64,000 nt of DNA from Selaginella moellendorffii (taxonomy: Eukaryota; Plantae; Lycopodiophyta), in NCBI RefSeq assembly GCF_000143415.4, contig NW_003314266.1:1076463-1140462 (forward strand), written 5' to 3'. This document shows positions 39,301-51,086 of the stretch, piece after piece; position 1 is the stretch's first letter; each line of letters starts with the position of its first letter. Position numbers and translations under genes: made by a program. Below the pieces are notes generated by a model that worked only from the letters and a program-made list of their open reading frames with translations, was not told where the DNA came from and did no database searches.

Positions 39301-41867
39301 TGGCATACATGGGGTCTTTTCTTGTCATTTTTCTGAGTACAATTACTCCAGTTCTCGAAGCTGGGAACGCTTTAGCAGGTTTGTTTTACATTTTTCTTAT
39401 ATTTGGTCTAACTCGGGATCGTGTGTCAGGTTTGGTGGTTTCTCTCGGTTTATTGTTTTCCGGATTCGTTATCTTTCCGAGCTTGACTCCAAGCTACTGG
39501 AAGTGGATGCTTTCGGCCAATCCGCTCCGTTGGGGAAATGTTATATTCTGCATGGCCGAGTTCCTCAATCGCTACCATGAATCTTGCCAAGACTTTCAGC
39601 AACTTCTGTTTTGCCGGAAATATCCAGATCTACCAGTTGGCCGGGCGTACCTCGAGTTTTTCCAGCTTGTTTCGGAGAGAAAATGGATGGCAATATCCTT
39701 CGCAATTATTGCTGCTTCGGTTCTCATTCTGGCGCTCGCTTCTTACTTGGGACTCAGCAAAGTCGTCTTTTCGGAAGTAAGTCCTTCCTTGCCAAGCGAG
39801 CCTGCAAGGAGTTCTTACAAGCAACCGGAGGACAAGCAGAAAGATATCTCTTGGGACGGACTATCCAGAATAACCGAGATGAGCAACTTGCAAACCAAGA
39901 CAGTGTGGGAGAAGAATGGTAGCACCCATGACGACGAAGAGCTTGGCCTTGGGCTTGAACTGCGGGGAACAGGTCACCAGTGGGAGAATTCGCACATACC
40001 CGTGAAAGCAGCCACGTTATCATTCCACCAAGTGAGTTTCTCTGTAAAAGCCGAGGAGAAGATAGTGCTGGACAGGGTCTCGGGATTCGCAAAGCCAGGG
40101 ACAATGCTTGCAATTATAGGGAGCATGGGCTCAGGGAAGTCCACTCTTTTAAGAGTTCTCGCAGGACGAACTCTGCCATCGTCAAGTGGGGAACTTATCT
40201 CGGGTGAAGTGCTGGTGAACGGATTCAATCTGAGTAGCAACACCTTCCGGCGGCTGTCTGGTTTCGTGGAGCGAGTGGACGCTCATCAGCCATTCTTGAC
40301 AGTGAAGGAGTCACTCGATTTCAGTGCCGGTCTTCGTTTTGGAGGCAGCACAACCCCCGGCCGCCGGGCCTTTCACGTAGAGCTCGTCCTGGAACTTATG
40401 GGCCTCGTCGGCGTCAAAGACCAGCTAGTGGGATCTCTCAAGTTTTCAAACGGGAAGATCTTTGAGCTCGCCAAGAAGCTGACCATCGCTGTGGAGCTTG
40501 CAGCAAATCCCAGCATGATTTTTCTCGAGGACCCGACGTCCGATCTCGACAGCGTCGCCACCAGGAACATCCTGTTCGCCATCCAAACGGTTGCAGCATC
40601 CGGCCGCACTGTTATCAGCACGATCCAGCAGCCGAGCGCTAGAGTTCTCAGTGCCTTCAACAACGTTCTTATTATGAGACCCGGTGGGGAGCAAGTTTAC
40701 TTTGGTCCCGTCGGCTGGAACTGTGGCCAGCTTCTGGAATACTTCACGACGATGTCGAGCGCTCCAAAGTACGAGCAGAGCCAGAACCCGGTGACTTACA
40801 TGTTCGATATCATCCGAAAGGACGAGCAAAACCTCGGCCTTGTCTATCGAGCGAGTTCTCTGGGAAGCTCCAACGCCGAAGAACTCAAGAAACTCCGGAA
40901 ACAGTACCGGAAGAACTCGTTCTGGCCGGCGCTGGATTCGACTTACGCCGCTCCTTACTCCAAGCAGGCCTGGTTGGTCTTCCTGAGAACACAGAGGTTC
41001 CTCTACCGCAACGTCCAGTACACGTTTGGACGGCTCTCCGGGTCGATCGCTCTCGGCCTTTTGCTCGGCTCGGTCTACTACAAGATCGCCACCAACGATA
41101 CGTTCTCGGTCACGTCCCGGTCGCTTTTCATCTACATCCAGGTGATGCTGCTGGGTGTGATCATCGCCAACAACGTCGTCCCCCAGCTTGGAACGGACAG
41201 GTTGGTCTACCACAGGGAACAGCGAGCAGCGATGTACGCTCCAATCTTCTATCCGGTGTCTTGGGCGATCGCGGAGATCCCATACCTGTTCATCGCGACG
41301 CTGGTGTTCGTGGGGATCTCAAACGGGCTGGCAGCGATCGCGACGCAGAGCGTGAGCAGCTTCGTCACGTACTGGCTGTGCCTCTTCGTCTTCACCACCA
41401 CCGTGATGTACTTCGGTATGTTCATCACCATCGCCACCCCGGTTCCAGTGCTGGCGGCGTTCGTGGTGTCCATCACGAACTCCATCTGGGTCTCGGCCTC
41501 CGGCGTGATCGTCCCAAAGGCCAAGATGGGATTTTGCGAGTGGGTCTTCTGGGCGAATCCATTCCAGTACGTGACGCACGCGCTGACGAGCGTGAGCTTC
41601 TTCTGCGACACCGCGAGCGCGGCGTGCGCGAGCTGCCGGGTGGGCGATGCGAATTCGTGCGCGGGATGCCACTGCCCGCGGCTGCTCAACGCCGAGAGCT
41701 CCGATCCGGGGAGCTTGCCGGTGTTCGTGTGGGATCGATTGAGCTCGCAGCGATCGCTGGAGGTGGAGAGGGTCTCGCTGGATTTCGTCGCTCTGGGCGG
41801 GATGAGCGTCCTCTTCGCGCTGCTTTCTTTCCTCGCCTTCGTGTGGATGAAGCACAACAGAGGATGA
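36367..41867 (+). CDS. ABCG: Full-size ABCG (PDR-type) transporter, atypical (PDZ-like insert, degenerate NBD motifs), multi-exon
   Basis: NBD1-TMD1-NBD2-TMD2 order: [70 protein letters not shown]. Introns restore the frame, including a probable GC-AG intron at 39148-39203. Confidence 0.93.
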
Positions 41868-42916
41868 AGAAGAAGCGCAAAATCAACGGTCCAGATGAGC
41901 TCTCATTTTTTAATTCAACGGCCTCGATGAAACGGGCAAACGTGCCCACCGTTGTGGCATATTCGCCGAATCTCCAACAGGGTTAGGGTTTATGGCAAGC
42001 GGCATTGTTTTGTGCGTGATCAACCGGTCGTCCAGCGCGGATCGTGTGCGCGGCGCCGCCGAGTAGCAGCTAGATCGCGCACTCTCACAGCAGCGCCGAA
42101 TCTTTCTTCCTTTTTTCTATTCCCTCTGATCAATCGCCGCCGCGGCGCTTATCTTGCTAATAATCTCGCTTTGCGCGCCGCGGATTCCACATCAAGATCG
42201 CGTGCGGTGCCGCTGTCCAGCCAATTCATCCAGCACTTCTCTCCCTTTTGTCCGGGCTCTCTTGGTTCGATCGATCATCCAGTTCCAGGTAGATTCCTTG
42301 TGCGAGGGCTTCCAATGCGAGCGCCGGCCATTCGCTAGGTACGATAGAGAGAAGAAATCGCGCGCACACAAGGGGGGGCCGGGCGATGATGGGAGTTATC
42401 ATAAAATTTGCAAAGCGGGTGTTCTACAGTGGAACAACGTGAATGGTATGGTCTGGCAAGTGGCAGTGATAGGATTTCTTCCAGAATGGGGCTCGGGGGG
42501 TCTATGGCACCGCCAGGAGCTACGAGTAGCTCGAATTTTTTGTGACAGCGTGTGGGAACTACCTATGTAGCTATAGATTTCTCGCTACTGGCAGCCGGGA
42601 AGTAGCAGTAGCAGCACAGTGGTACAGACAGGCACAGGGAAAGGATGGTCCGTGTGAGCAGCAGCGATGGATGATTCACTCCCCGACAAGCACGCCATTC
42701 TTAATTGCTGATGCTGCTGCTACAGCTCCGGTGAGCATTTCGTAAGCATTCCATCAGAGACCCTCGTGGATGGAAGAAATGGGATGGGGCTTTCGCCAGG
42801 AAAATTCCGGTTTTGATGACGATGGCAGCGAGAAGTTTGTCATGGGGTCTCCGTGGTCGCGCGAGGTTTCCTAGAGTAGCTTCGAGGTAGTGTAGAGGGC
42901 TTTGGTGCCTGGGAAG

Positions 42917-45793
42917 ATGCCCTTCCCATGGAGCAAATCTTCGAGGAAATCGTCGTCCAATGCTTCCGGTAAGGATAAGGCTGACAACAGCAAGCTTTAC
43001 TCTCTCGGGAAGAAGGGTCCGCGGTTGTCAGGCGAGGATGACGGGTCTTCGAGGGGTTCCAGGAGTAGTTATGATTCTTCGGCCAGGGTGGTAGCGGCGG
43101 ATGCTCCTACATTCTCGCCTTCGTCTGCCGGAATTCGAAGCCCGCTCTTTCCCGAGCCGCAGGCATTCAAGGGACAGCCTCTTCCTTTGCCGGAGAGTAC
43201 TACCAAGATTCAGCTTTGCAATGGAACTCTTCCGCTGCCGACGTATGACCAAGTCGAGTTTAAGCACGAGGTTGCCGAATTGGACGGGACGACTTCGGGA
43301 TATGGTTCTGGTTCTATCTCCAGTGGAAGCTCCACAAGCAGTGGGGAAGCAGCGGAGGCTTGGCTTGGAAGTTCCAATCGCCAGCAAACCGATCAAAATG
43401 GACACGCAAACTCCTTGTAAGCTTTTACTTTATGTTTTTAACTTTCGCGAGAAGTGCTTGCTCACCTGGTTTCTTTCTTTTTTCTTTCAGCTCACTTCAG
43501 AAAAACCAAAACAGAGCTGGAAGAAATCCACACCAGAAAGAGGCGGTTCCGAAGACGGTACCTCCAGGAAATAAGACGAGCTCCGTCTCCCCATTGCGAG
43601 CTCGTGCTGCGGCGGCAAAACAAGGCATGCATTTACATCTACCGGCACGTAGCGCGCCAACCAGTCTCATCTCCAGTCCTTCTCACAGTCCAAGACGTTT
43701 AAGTTCGTCGGAGCAACAGGCTTTGTTCCAGAACCACAGTGCTGTGACGAACTCCACAAACCAGGGACGAAACAGTCCAGAAAAATCTCCTCTTGCAAGT
43801 CCGATACGAGGCGGTTCGAGGATTCAAAGTGGTGCTGTCTCTCCCCTGCACCATTCAAGTTCCAGAGGTACAGACTCGCCTAGTGTCGGGCATCGGCTCC
43901 CTCCGCCACCGGCATTTACAAACTCGACAGTAAATTCTCCAGCGTCATCTACATTTCCTCTCGGTTCACCGCCTGGCATGCCTTCGCACAGTCCGATCAG
44001 GTGGCAAAAAGGAAACCTTCTTGGTGTTGGCTCCTTTGGACGAGTGTACAAAGGCTTTAGGTATGCTTCTGATATTCTCGGCCTACTCCACGAGCTGATG
44101 GTTTGTTTTTTCTTTGTTTGCAGTGATAGTGGTACCTTTTGTGCAATGAAAGAAGTCCTCGTTGTGGATGATCCTAAGTCTATAGAATCTGTAAAACAGC
44201 TAATGCAGGTATGCTGCCGTTCTCATTGCACGTTCCTGTCACTGACTGGTGTTTCAGGAAATAAATATGCTAAGTAGTTTAAGACATCCTAACATTGTTC
44301 AATACCTTGGCTCAGAAATGGTAAGGTTAAGGTATCTCTTAACTAGATGTCTCATTTCTCCTTTCTTGCTGCCTGCAGCTGGACGATAGTTTGTATATTT
44401 ATTTGGAGTTCGTTTCCGGAGGCTCGATACACAAGGTGCTCCAGGAATATGGTGCTTTCAAAGAGCCCGTCATTCGTAGCTATACGCAGCAAATCCTATC
44501 TGGACTCCAATACTTGCACAGTATGAACAAAGTTCACCGGTTCGTTGACTCTGTACTCTTGCGAGCTTCTATTAACAGCGCCTTTATTACAGAGACATCA
44601 AAGGTGCGAACATTCTCGTTGACACTAATGGTGAAGTCAAGCTAGCGGATTTTGGAATGGCCAAGCATGTAAGTAGCAAGCTGTGGTTTTTCTTTTTTAC
44701 TTATCCATCCACGCTTCAGATATCTTCTAGTTCACTTGTGCTATCTTTTAAAGGAAGTCCCTACTGGATGGCTCCTGAGGTATGTCCACGTTTTCTTTCT
44801 TCTAATACTTCTATGACACCGTCACACGGCTACTCCTTTTTAGGTTTTCAAGAGTAATGCGCAAAGCTATCCAGTGGATATCTGGAGTCTAGGATGTACA
44901 ATCATTGAAATGGCAACTGGAAAACCACCATGGAGCCAGTACGAGGGGGTATGTATTCTTTTGTAGTTTCTGTGCGTGCTCACTTACTTGTACACAGGTT
45001 GCAGCCATGTTCAAGATTGGAAACAGTAAGGAGACTCCTACAATACCGGACACCTTATCGCCAGTGGCGAAGGAGTTTATCAGGTTGTGCTTACAGCGAA
45101 ATCCCGACGATCGTCCAACAGCTTCTCAACTATTAGAGCACCCCTTTGTCAAGTTTTTGCACGATGAACATCTTCCGGATGGCCTTCCACCTCTGTCGCC
45201 AACATTTCGCTCAGTGGTACGTGATATTCTTTGTTTTCCATTCTTTTGTTTCTTTTGGATGATGTTGAGTGATCAACCTGCATGATCATCCAGGTTGCGA
45301 ATTTAAGCCACGATAGAGGGGGACAGTATCATCCGCGGTAATGTTTTTTAAGCACAGAAACGATACGCTGACGATTGTTTCTCGCTTTTGCTTTTGTAGA
45401 GATCTCATGTCTCCTGTTAGCAGCAATTCGGCCTACACGAGATCAATCTATTCCAGCTATGGAGGTCTCACACCAATTATCACGTCTGGAACTTCCACAC
45501 CCCAAACCGAGGAAGCTCCAGCCGGGTTTGCGAAGGACAGATATACCATGGCTTCAAGAGTGAACGGAATGCACATAAGAAACGAGCCAAGATTTACGGC
45601 GACTGCTGTTTCGTCACCAGGGAGTAGAAGTCCAAGGGCTGCTCAAAGGAGCGAGTTCGTGTGGAATCCACCGGTACAGCTCACTCCGGATGCCAGTCCA
45701 AGGCGTATGTCCAGCGATATCTTGAGTACAAACTCTAGATTCTATGCGAATTCTCTTCTCGGTAAGCAAGCTCTTCCTTTTTCCTTGCTTTGA
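42917..45793 (+). CDS. YDA: MAP kinase kinase kinase, YODA/MAPKKK-alpha-like, multi-exon
   Basis: [86 protein letters not shown]. Confidence 0.9.
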
Positions 45794-46110
45794 CACAAAA
45801 GTTTCTATTTTGCTTTCCAGATAACAAGTGATAGAGCTGTATATGAAGAAGATCCGGCAAAGCAAACTGGAACTTAAGCCAAAAGATTTTACGAAGTAGA
45901 GTAAGCTTCGACTTTCAGGGAGAAAATGTTCGATTAATTCATGCGCAATGTACATTTTTTTCATTTTTCTTGCAGACTTTCGGTCATCATCTAACAGCCA
46001 TTCCCTACGCAAGTACATCCAGAAGAGAGGAGAAAGAAAAAGAGGAAGAGAGAAACCGATAACGAGCGAGTTTTTGGAGGAAAGGAAGGAAGAATGTATA
46101 TAAGCTTTCC

Positions 46111-47099
46111 TCAGGTAACTGGATCCTCGAGCCTGGCAGCCACGATATCGTTGATCCGTGGATACGAAACCTTCTCGTCGAGCTGGTTCTGGGACCAGAT
46201 GAGCATCTTGAGCAGGCTGGGAAGCTTTGGATCCTTCTCGTGGCTCTGGCTCGTCAGGATGGCGGCGTTCAATTCACTCGCAGTCTTCTGGCGCTGCGAG
46301 AAGTCGAGCAAATCTCCCACCGGGCAATTCGAAGTGTCCTCGAACGCCAGGAGCGCCACTGTCCGCTCCAGCTCCTCGAGGAAGCTGTGGTTTTCTTCTC
46401 CACGAGGAGCTAGCTCCTCCTGTGCAAACTCCAAGGCTTCCTCGAGCTTCCCTGGATCCAAAACGTAAGGTGTAAGACAAAGATCTATAATTCTACAAGG
46501 AAAGAGATCACTTCTAATCTATCACTCCTATACACAAGGAGAGAAATCATTTCTAGCAGCGAGACCATGTATCACTCCTACACAAGAAAAGAGATCACTT
46601 CTAGCAGCCAGGCCATCAATCAAAGGATCGCACAGAGCTAACGAGACAATCTCCAAAAACAAACGAGCGAGACGCTATGGAGAGGAAATCCAAAAGTGAG
46701 GGAGGCGATGGATCGATCTAAGAAGGAGAAGGAAATGCGAGACTCACCACTTCTAATCAGCTCGATGAGCCTCTGTTGCTGGAGGTGGAAGAAGAGCTGT
46801 GGATTGGTGTCGAGGATCTCGGGATTCAAGTCATTCACCTTCTCGATCGCGTCCTCCACATTGCCGCACTGCACCGCCTTGCGCACCGCCATTCTGTCGG
46901 TGATTGACCCCAAATCCACCTCCGGCGAGGTGCCCGATTCGTGCTGGAATTTCTCCGCCGCGTCCACATAGCCTTCGGTCACCAGGAAATTCATCACCAG
47001 CTTGTTCATGTCCTCCTTCCGGATCTTCACCTCGGCCAGCTTCCGCTCCCATTCCTCGCGACTCACGATCTTCTTCGACGATGACTCCCCTTTGCCCAT
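46111..47099 (-). CDS. GID8: GID8/TWA1 LisH-CTLH-CRA subunit of the CTLH E3 ligase, two exons
   Basis: DMNKLVMNFLVTEGY, LFFHLQQQRLIELIR, FLEELERTVALLAF, QRQKTASELNAAIL. Confidence 0.95.
46494..46615 (+). repeat. Degenerate tandem repeat in the GID8 intron
   Basis: Recurrent AAGAGATCACTTCTA, ATCACTCCTA..CACAAG and TTCTAGCAGC blocks. Confidence 0.65.
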
Positions 47100-47201
47100 G
47101 GCTGTGATACCCTAACAGCGAAGAACCCTAAAAAATGGGCAAAACGAAAGCCTGCTTTTTAGGGTTCTTGGGCAAACAAGAAAGGGGCGAAAGAAAACGA
47201 A
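47100..47201. promoter_or_regulatory. 102-bp bidirectional promoter with opposed telo-box-like motifs
   Basis: AACCCTAAAA (~47124) and TTTTAGGGTT (~47157) between head-to-head ATGs at 47099 and 47202. Confidence 0.65.
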
Positions 47202-48294
47202 ATGAAAGCGCATTCTCGCCCCGCCGGCAATGCGCTCTTCGTCTTCCATCTCGTCGCGTTTCTCTGGTGAGGATTTCTAGCGCCTTGTGCTCTTCCAATC
47301 GATTGCTTTTCAGGTTTTTGTACACCTTTAGCTGGCATTTTGGCCGCGCAGCGAGCAAGCTCCCCCAGTCGCAAGGATTTGGCTGGTTCTTCAAGGTTTA
47401 GAGAAATTTTGAGCGATTTCTTCTTCGTTTGATCGATTTCTTCCTTGATTTCTCATCGCAGTATCTCACTTTCTGTGGATTCACGTTGCAATTGGTATCA
47501 CTGCTCGTCTGCCTCTTGTCCCACCTATTTCCGGAGGTGAGCAGCACGAATTTTTCCTTTTCTTTTGGTATGGAAACGAGAGGGAGCATCGCAGATTAGA
47601 GTCGAGGCTTGAAGCGCGCGGCGGATGATTTGTCTTGCACCACCTTCGCGATTGCCAATGTCATCACGGCCATGCACTGGGTTCTCTACTTCACTACCGC
47701 AGCTCCAGTCGAAGCATCTGCCACTGCCAAAATCGAGACCACCGTCACTCGGAGTTTGTAAGCTCTCTTCTCTCGTTCTTCCTCCTCTACTTTGTTTGTT
47801 CTTGACTTAACAGTGGCTTTCTCTCTCTCGCAGAAACGTCCAGACTTCTTCACCACTGTGGCTGAATCTCACAGTCCATTTGGCGAACGCCATTGTCGCC
47901 TGGACCGACGTCCACGTTTCCGATAGAACTTTCAGGTACTTCGCTCCATCTTTCTCTCCAGTGAAAAACACGTTTTGTGTTTCTTTCGCTGCAGGAAGTC
48001 GTCACTCAACCAGTCTCTCATCTTCTGCCTTGTCTACACCACCTGGATCCAAGTCTGTGCCTTCAAGAACAAGGTGAAAAGAAAGAAAAAGCGAAGAAAA
48101 CTTCTACTAAGCTCAGCTCGCATGTGAACAAACAGATGTATCCATACCCGTTCCTCAACAAGCTCCCGCAGCCGGAAGGATTCATCGCCACGGTCGCGGT
48201 CGCGGTGACCCTCACCTTCGCCTTCTTCAAAGCCGGCTCCACATTGGCGAGCGTCCAAACCTCCCGGCGACTAGCCAAGCTCAAAGCCATGTAA
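47202..48294 (+). CDS. AIG1: FAR-17a/AIG1/ADTRP-family multi-pass membrane protein, seven exons
   Basis: Manual splicing gives MKAHSRPAGNALFVFHLVAFLW|FLYTFSWHF..GWFFK|YLTFCGFTLQ..PLWLNLTVHLAN..MYPYPFLNKL; family motifs FKYLT, PxWLNxxxH and YPFL are present. Confidence 0.82.
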
Positions 48295-48398
48295 GTCCAT
48301 CTTTCTCCTTCATAAAAGAGCTAAAAATCTACTTTTTCAATCTTTCTTTCGAGCATCAAAAAGCTCGCGAAAACCCTTAGCGCGAGGGCTTTAGCAGC

Positions 48399-48971
48399 AT
48401 GTCGGACTACAGCGACTCCGAAGACGACTACGACGATCGCGAAGCGGACATAGCTTGCGACTGGAGCGATGGCCCCAAGCAGCAAAACGACCCGCTCTTC
48501 AAGCTCCACTGCCAGCTCTGCTCGTGTCCGCTCGCCGTCACGTTCCACTCGTCCATCGGCGCCGTGGATTTCAGCGAGCGCCAGGCCGTGGTGGCGGTCC
48601 TCCCGTGCAACCATTGCTTCCACTCGGTGTGCCTCGACGACTACTCGTCTTCGTCCCAGCAGCTCCGGTGCCCGGTTTTCAAAGGACCGTCTCTGGCGTG
48701 TGCCGAGTTCCAGGAGCGGCAGAGGCTGGCGGAGCAGCACCAGCGCGAGAGGGAGAGGCTGGCGGAGCGGCGGCGCGAGAAAGAGAGGCTGGCGGCGCAG
48801 CAGCGGCTCGAGCAGGAGGCTGCGAGAACTGCTTCATCCAAAGGTAAGAGTAAGAAGGGTGGCGCCATCGCCACCGCCACCGCTGCGATCGCGAAAGCTG
48901 TGGGCTTGAAGAAGAACACGAAGAAGAAGGGAGCGTCGCACATAGCATCCAAGAAGACAGGAAAAAAGTGA
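48399..48971 (+). CDS. RING-H2-like zinc finger protein with coiled coil and basic tail
   Basis: CQLC...LPCNHCFHSVC...CPVF; single 190-aa ORF with a telo-box-like AAACCCT upstream. Confidence 0.72.
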   Translation: MSDYSDSEDDYDDREADIACDWSDGPKQQNDPLFKLHCQLCSCPLAVTFHSSIGAVDFSERQAVVAVLPCNHCFHSVCLDDYSSSSQQLRCPVFKGPSLACAEFQERQRLAEQHQRERERLAERRREKERLAAQQRLEQEAARTASSKGKSKKGGAIATATAAIAKAVGLKKNTKKKGASHIASKKTGKK

Positions 48972-49066
48972 TTTTTTTCGTTCGATCATTCGCTTAGTTC
49001 TGGGTTTTAAATTAATGTCGGCCGTTGGATGTCGCGCGGGGTTTAGGGTTCTTGCGCTTCAGGAAA

Positions 49067-50620
49067 ATGGTGGGGGAATCAAGCGTGGAGCAGCTCTTGG
49101 GCAATCTCTTCCCTCGTTTGCACCGATGAGATTGAGGAGATCGCACGGATTCTACAGGAGCAGGGCACGGTCATGGGCATGTGCTCTGGAAAGGTGGCGG
49201 AGCTAGGAGTGTCCAAGTGGGTTTGCAAGGGCTTGGTTGCCAAGAACATCATGCAATTTGGTGTTAGATTGCAAATTTGAATACAAGAATAACATTAGTA
49301 AAAGACAGTGTTTGCATCATGTGTTCTTGGGGGAGAGGAAATCAATGCTCTTTTGCTCCAAGTCTCCTTGCTGCCAACGCTAGCTCGAATGGTTTCCAAG
49401 GCACAGCATTGGAGAAGCACGGGAGTATGAGCTCATCGGAGTCCAAGCTTGACAAGGGCTGTTTGCTATCGAATTTCCCAACCTGGGCAAGTGCGACCAA
49501 AGATGTGGCTGGAGCTAGCCAAGAGTGGCATGGATGCAGAGGAACTCCAGACCGTGAGCTCCTTGTTCGATGAGAAGGAAGTTGGCGCACTCTATGGATA
49601 CCGAGTGCTGCTCAGGGTGATTGCGGTTGAGGCTCTGGTCCAGTGCCAGCTCCAGGACGATCTTTGCTATCTCGGCAGCTTCCACTTCACCTCATCCACG
49701 GGAATTGGAAGGGATGGAATTGGGATTTCTTCACGGGAGAAGGAAGCTAGTAGGGACTGGTCGAAGGTGAGCGAGGAGATGGCAGGTTGGTGCAGGGATG
49801 GAGGAGGGTGTTTAGTCACCAGGGTGGGAGGAGGTTTGATATGTTCACAAACAAGGAGTCAGCTGAGATGTGGTCGCTGGTTCTGGATTACGTTGAGAGG
49901 TTCTTTCTCAACGTGCGAGCTCTCAACGCGTTGGTGCATCTCATGTGCGTGGAGCGTTGTATTCACGGATATGGTCCGCAAACTACCGCCACCTTTGTTC
50001 TTAAAAGTTGATGGAATAACAACATGCAAATCAGCCCCACCCCTGCTCAAAGTCAATCCTAAATGCATGCTAAACAATCCTCAACCACCTTTCGACTTTG
50101 GAACCTCCTTCCATTGTTGACTTGAGTAGCTCCTGAACCTCCTCATCTCCATGGGACTATGGATTTGGGGACTGATGACTAGTCGTACCTTTTTCTCTTC
50201 CTGGTCAACTGCGAGACGTCCTCGTCAACGCAGTTGACTATCTGCGCATAGAATTCGAAAGTTGACCGTCAAAAATGCATTGAATACGCTCTCTCCCCTT
50301 GTCAAGATCTTCACTGATGTCGAACGAGAGCTGTGTAAACGCTTGCACCCGGGATCGGTTGTGGATTCGCCGCTCGAGCTGCAGAGCTCTACCGTTATTG
50401 CCGTCTGAATCCTGTACACTGGATGAACGACGTGACACTCTTCAATAGATTCCCAGATATCACAAGGCTTCAAGAAATTGAAAATTTGGAAAAGAATTTT
50501 TCGCAAAAACCTCATGGGTCGGAATATGACTTATACTTCGAGACACACAGGCGGGTCATCAGATGCATACTCTACAACCCAGGAGGTAATAGTAATGTAA
50601 TCGCCGCACTATTTAAATAA
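49067..50620 (+). pseudogene. Degraded gene with SAM-like N-terminal segments
   Basis: Telo-box at ~49041. Frameshifted SSVEQLLGNL..EIEEIARILQEQ..KVAELGVS and WLELAKSGMDAEELQTVSSLFDEKEV. Multiple stops. The 3' end is shared with 15770-15942. Confidence 0.4.
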
Positions 50621-51086
50621 AAGACTTTCAATTGCGCTTGGGCATGTGGGATAATTGAGCTTTGCCCTACACCTAATTGAGTTTAGGGCAGATTAGACAC
50701 CCCTCCAGTTTGAGGTACGTATTGAAGAGGTTCCTGCAGTTCTCAACTCCTCGTCCACAATTTTGTACTTGTCGCGATCACCACCTTCAAACGTCCCACA
50801 AATGTTACCACTTCTTGGAGATTCTGGAGACAACAGCAGCGCTCCCAAACCCGAGAGCCGCTGCGCCTTTGCAAATGGCAGCACCCGGTGATGGAGGAGC
50901 GATCACTGTTCTTGTTACGGTCCTATAAACGTAAGAAAGGTGGCGCGGCCGCCAGCTATCGAAAAAGCTGTTGAAGAAGACGAAGAAGCGAGCGCCACCC
51001 AAAGCATGGAAGAAGACAGGATATTTTCTTCGATCATTCTCGTAGAAACTTATCTTTGGTCTTTTCCTTCTTGGAAGAAGCTATCG

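Noticed and set aside
40446-41857. Antisense ORFs of 178-255 aa over the ABCG 3' exon
   Set aside because: GC-rich antisense shadows of a well-supported sense CDS
41952-42900. Possible uORFs in the long MAP3K leader
   Set aside because: Leader exon/intron structure cannot be fixed from sequence alone and no conserved peptide was recognised
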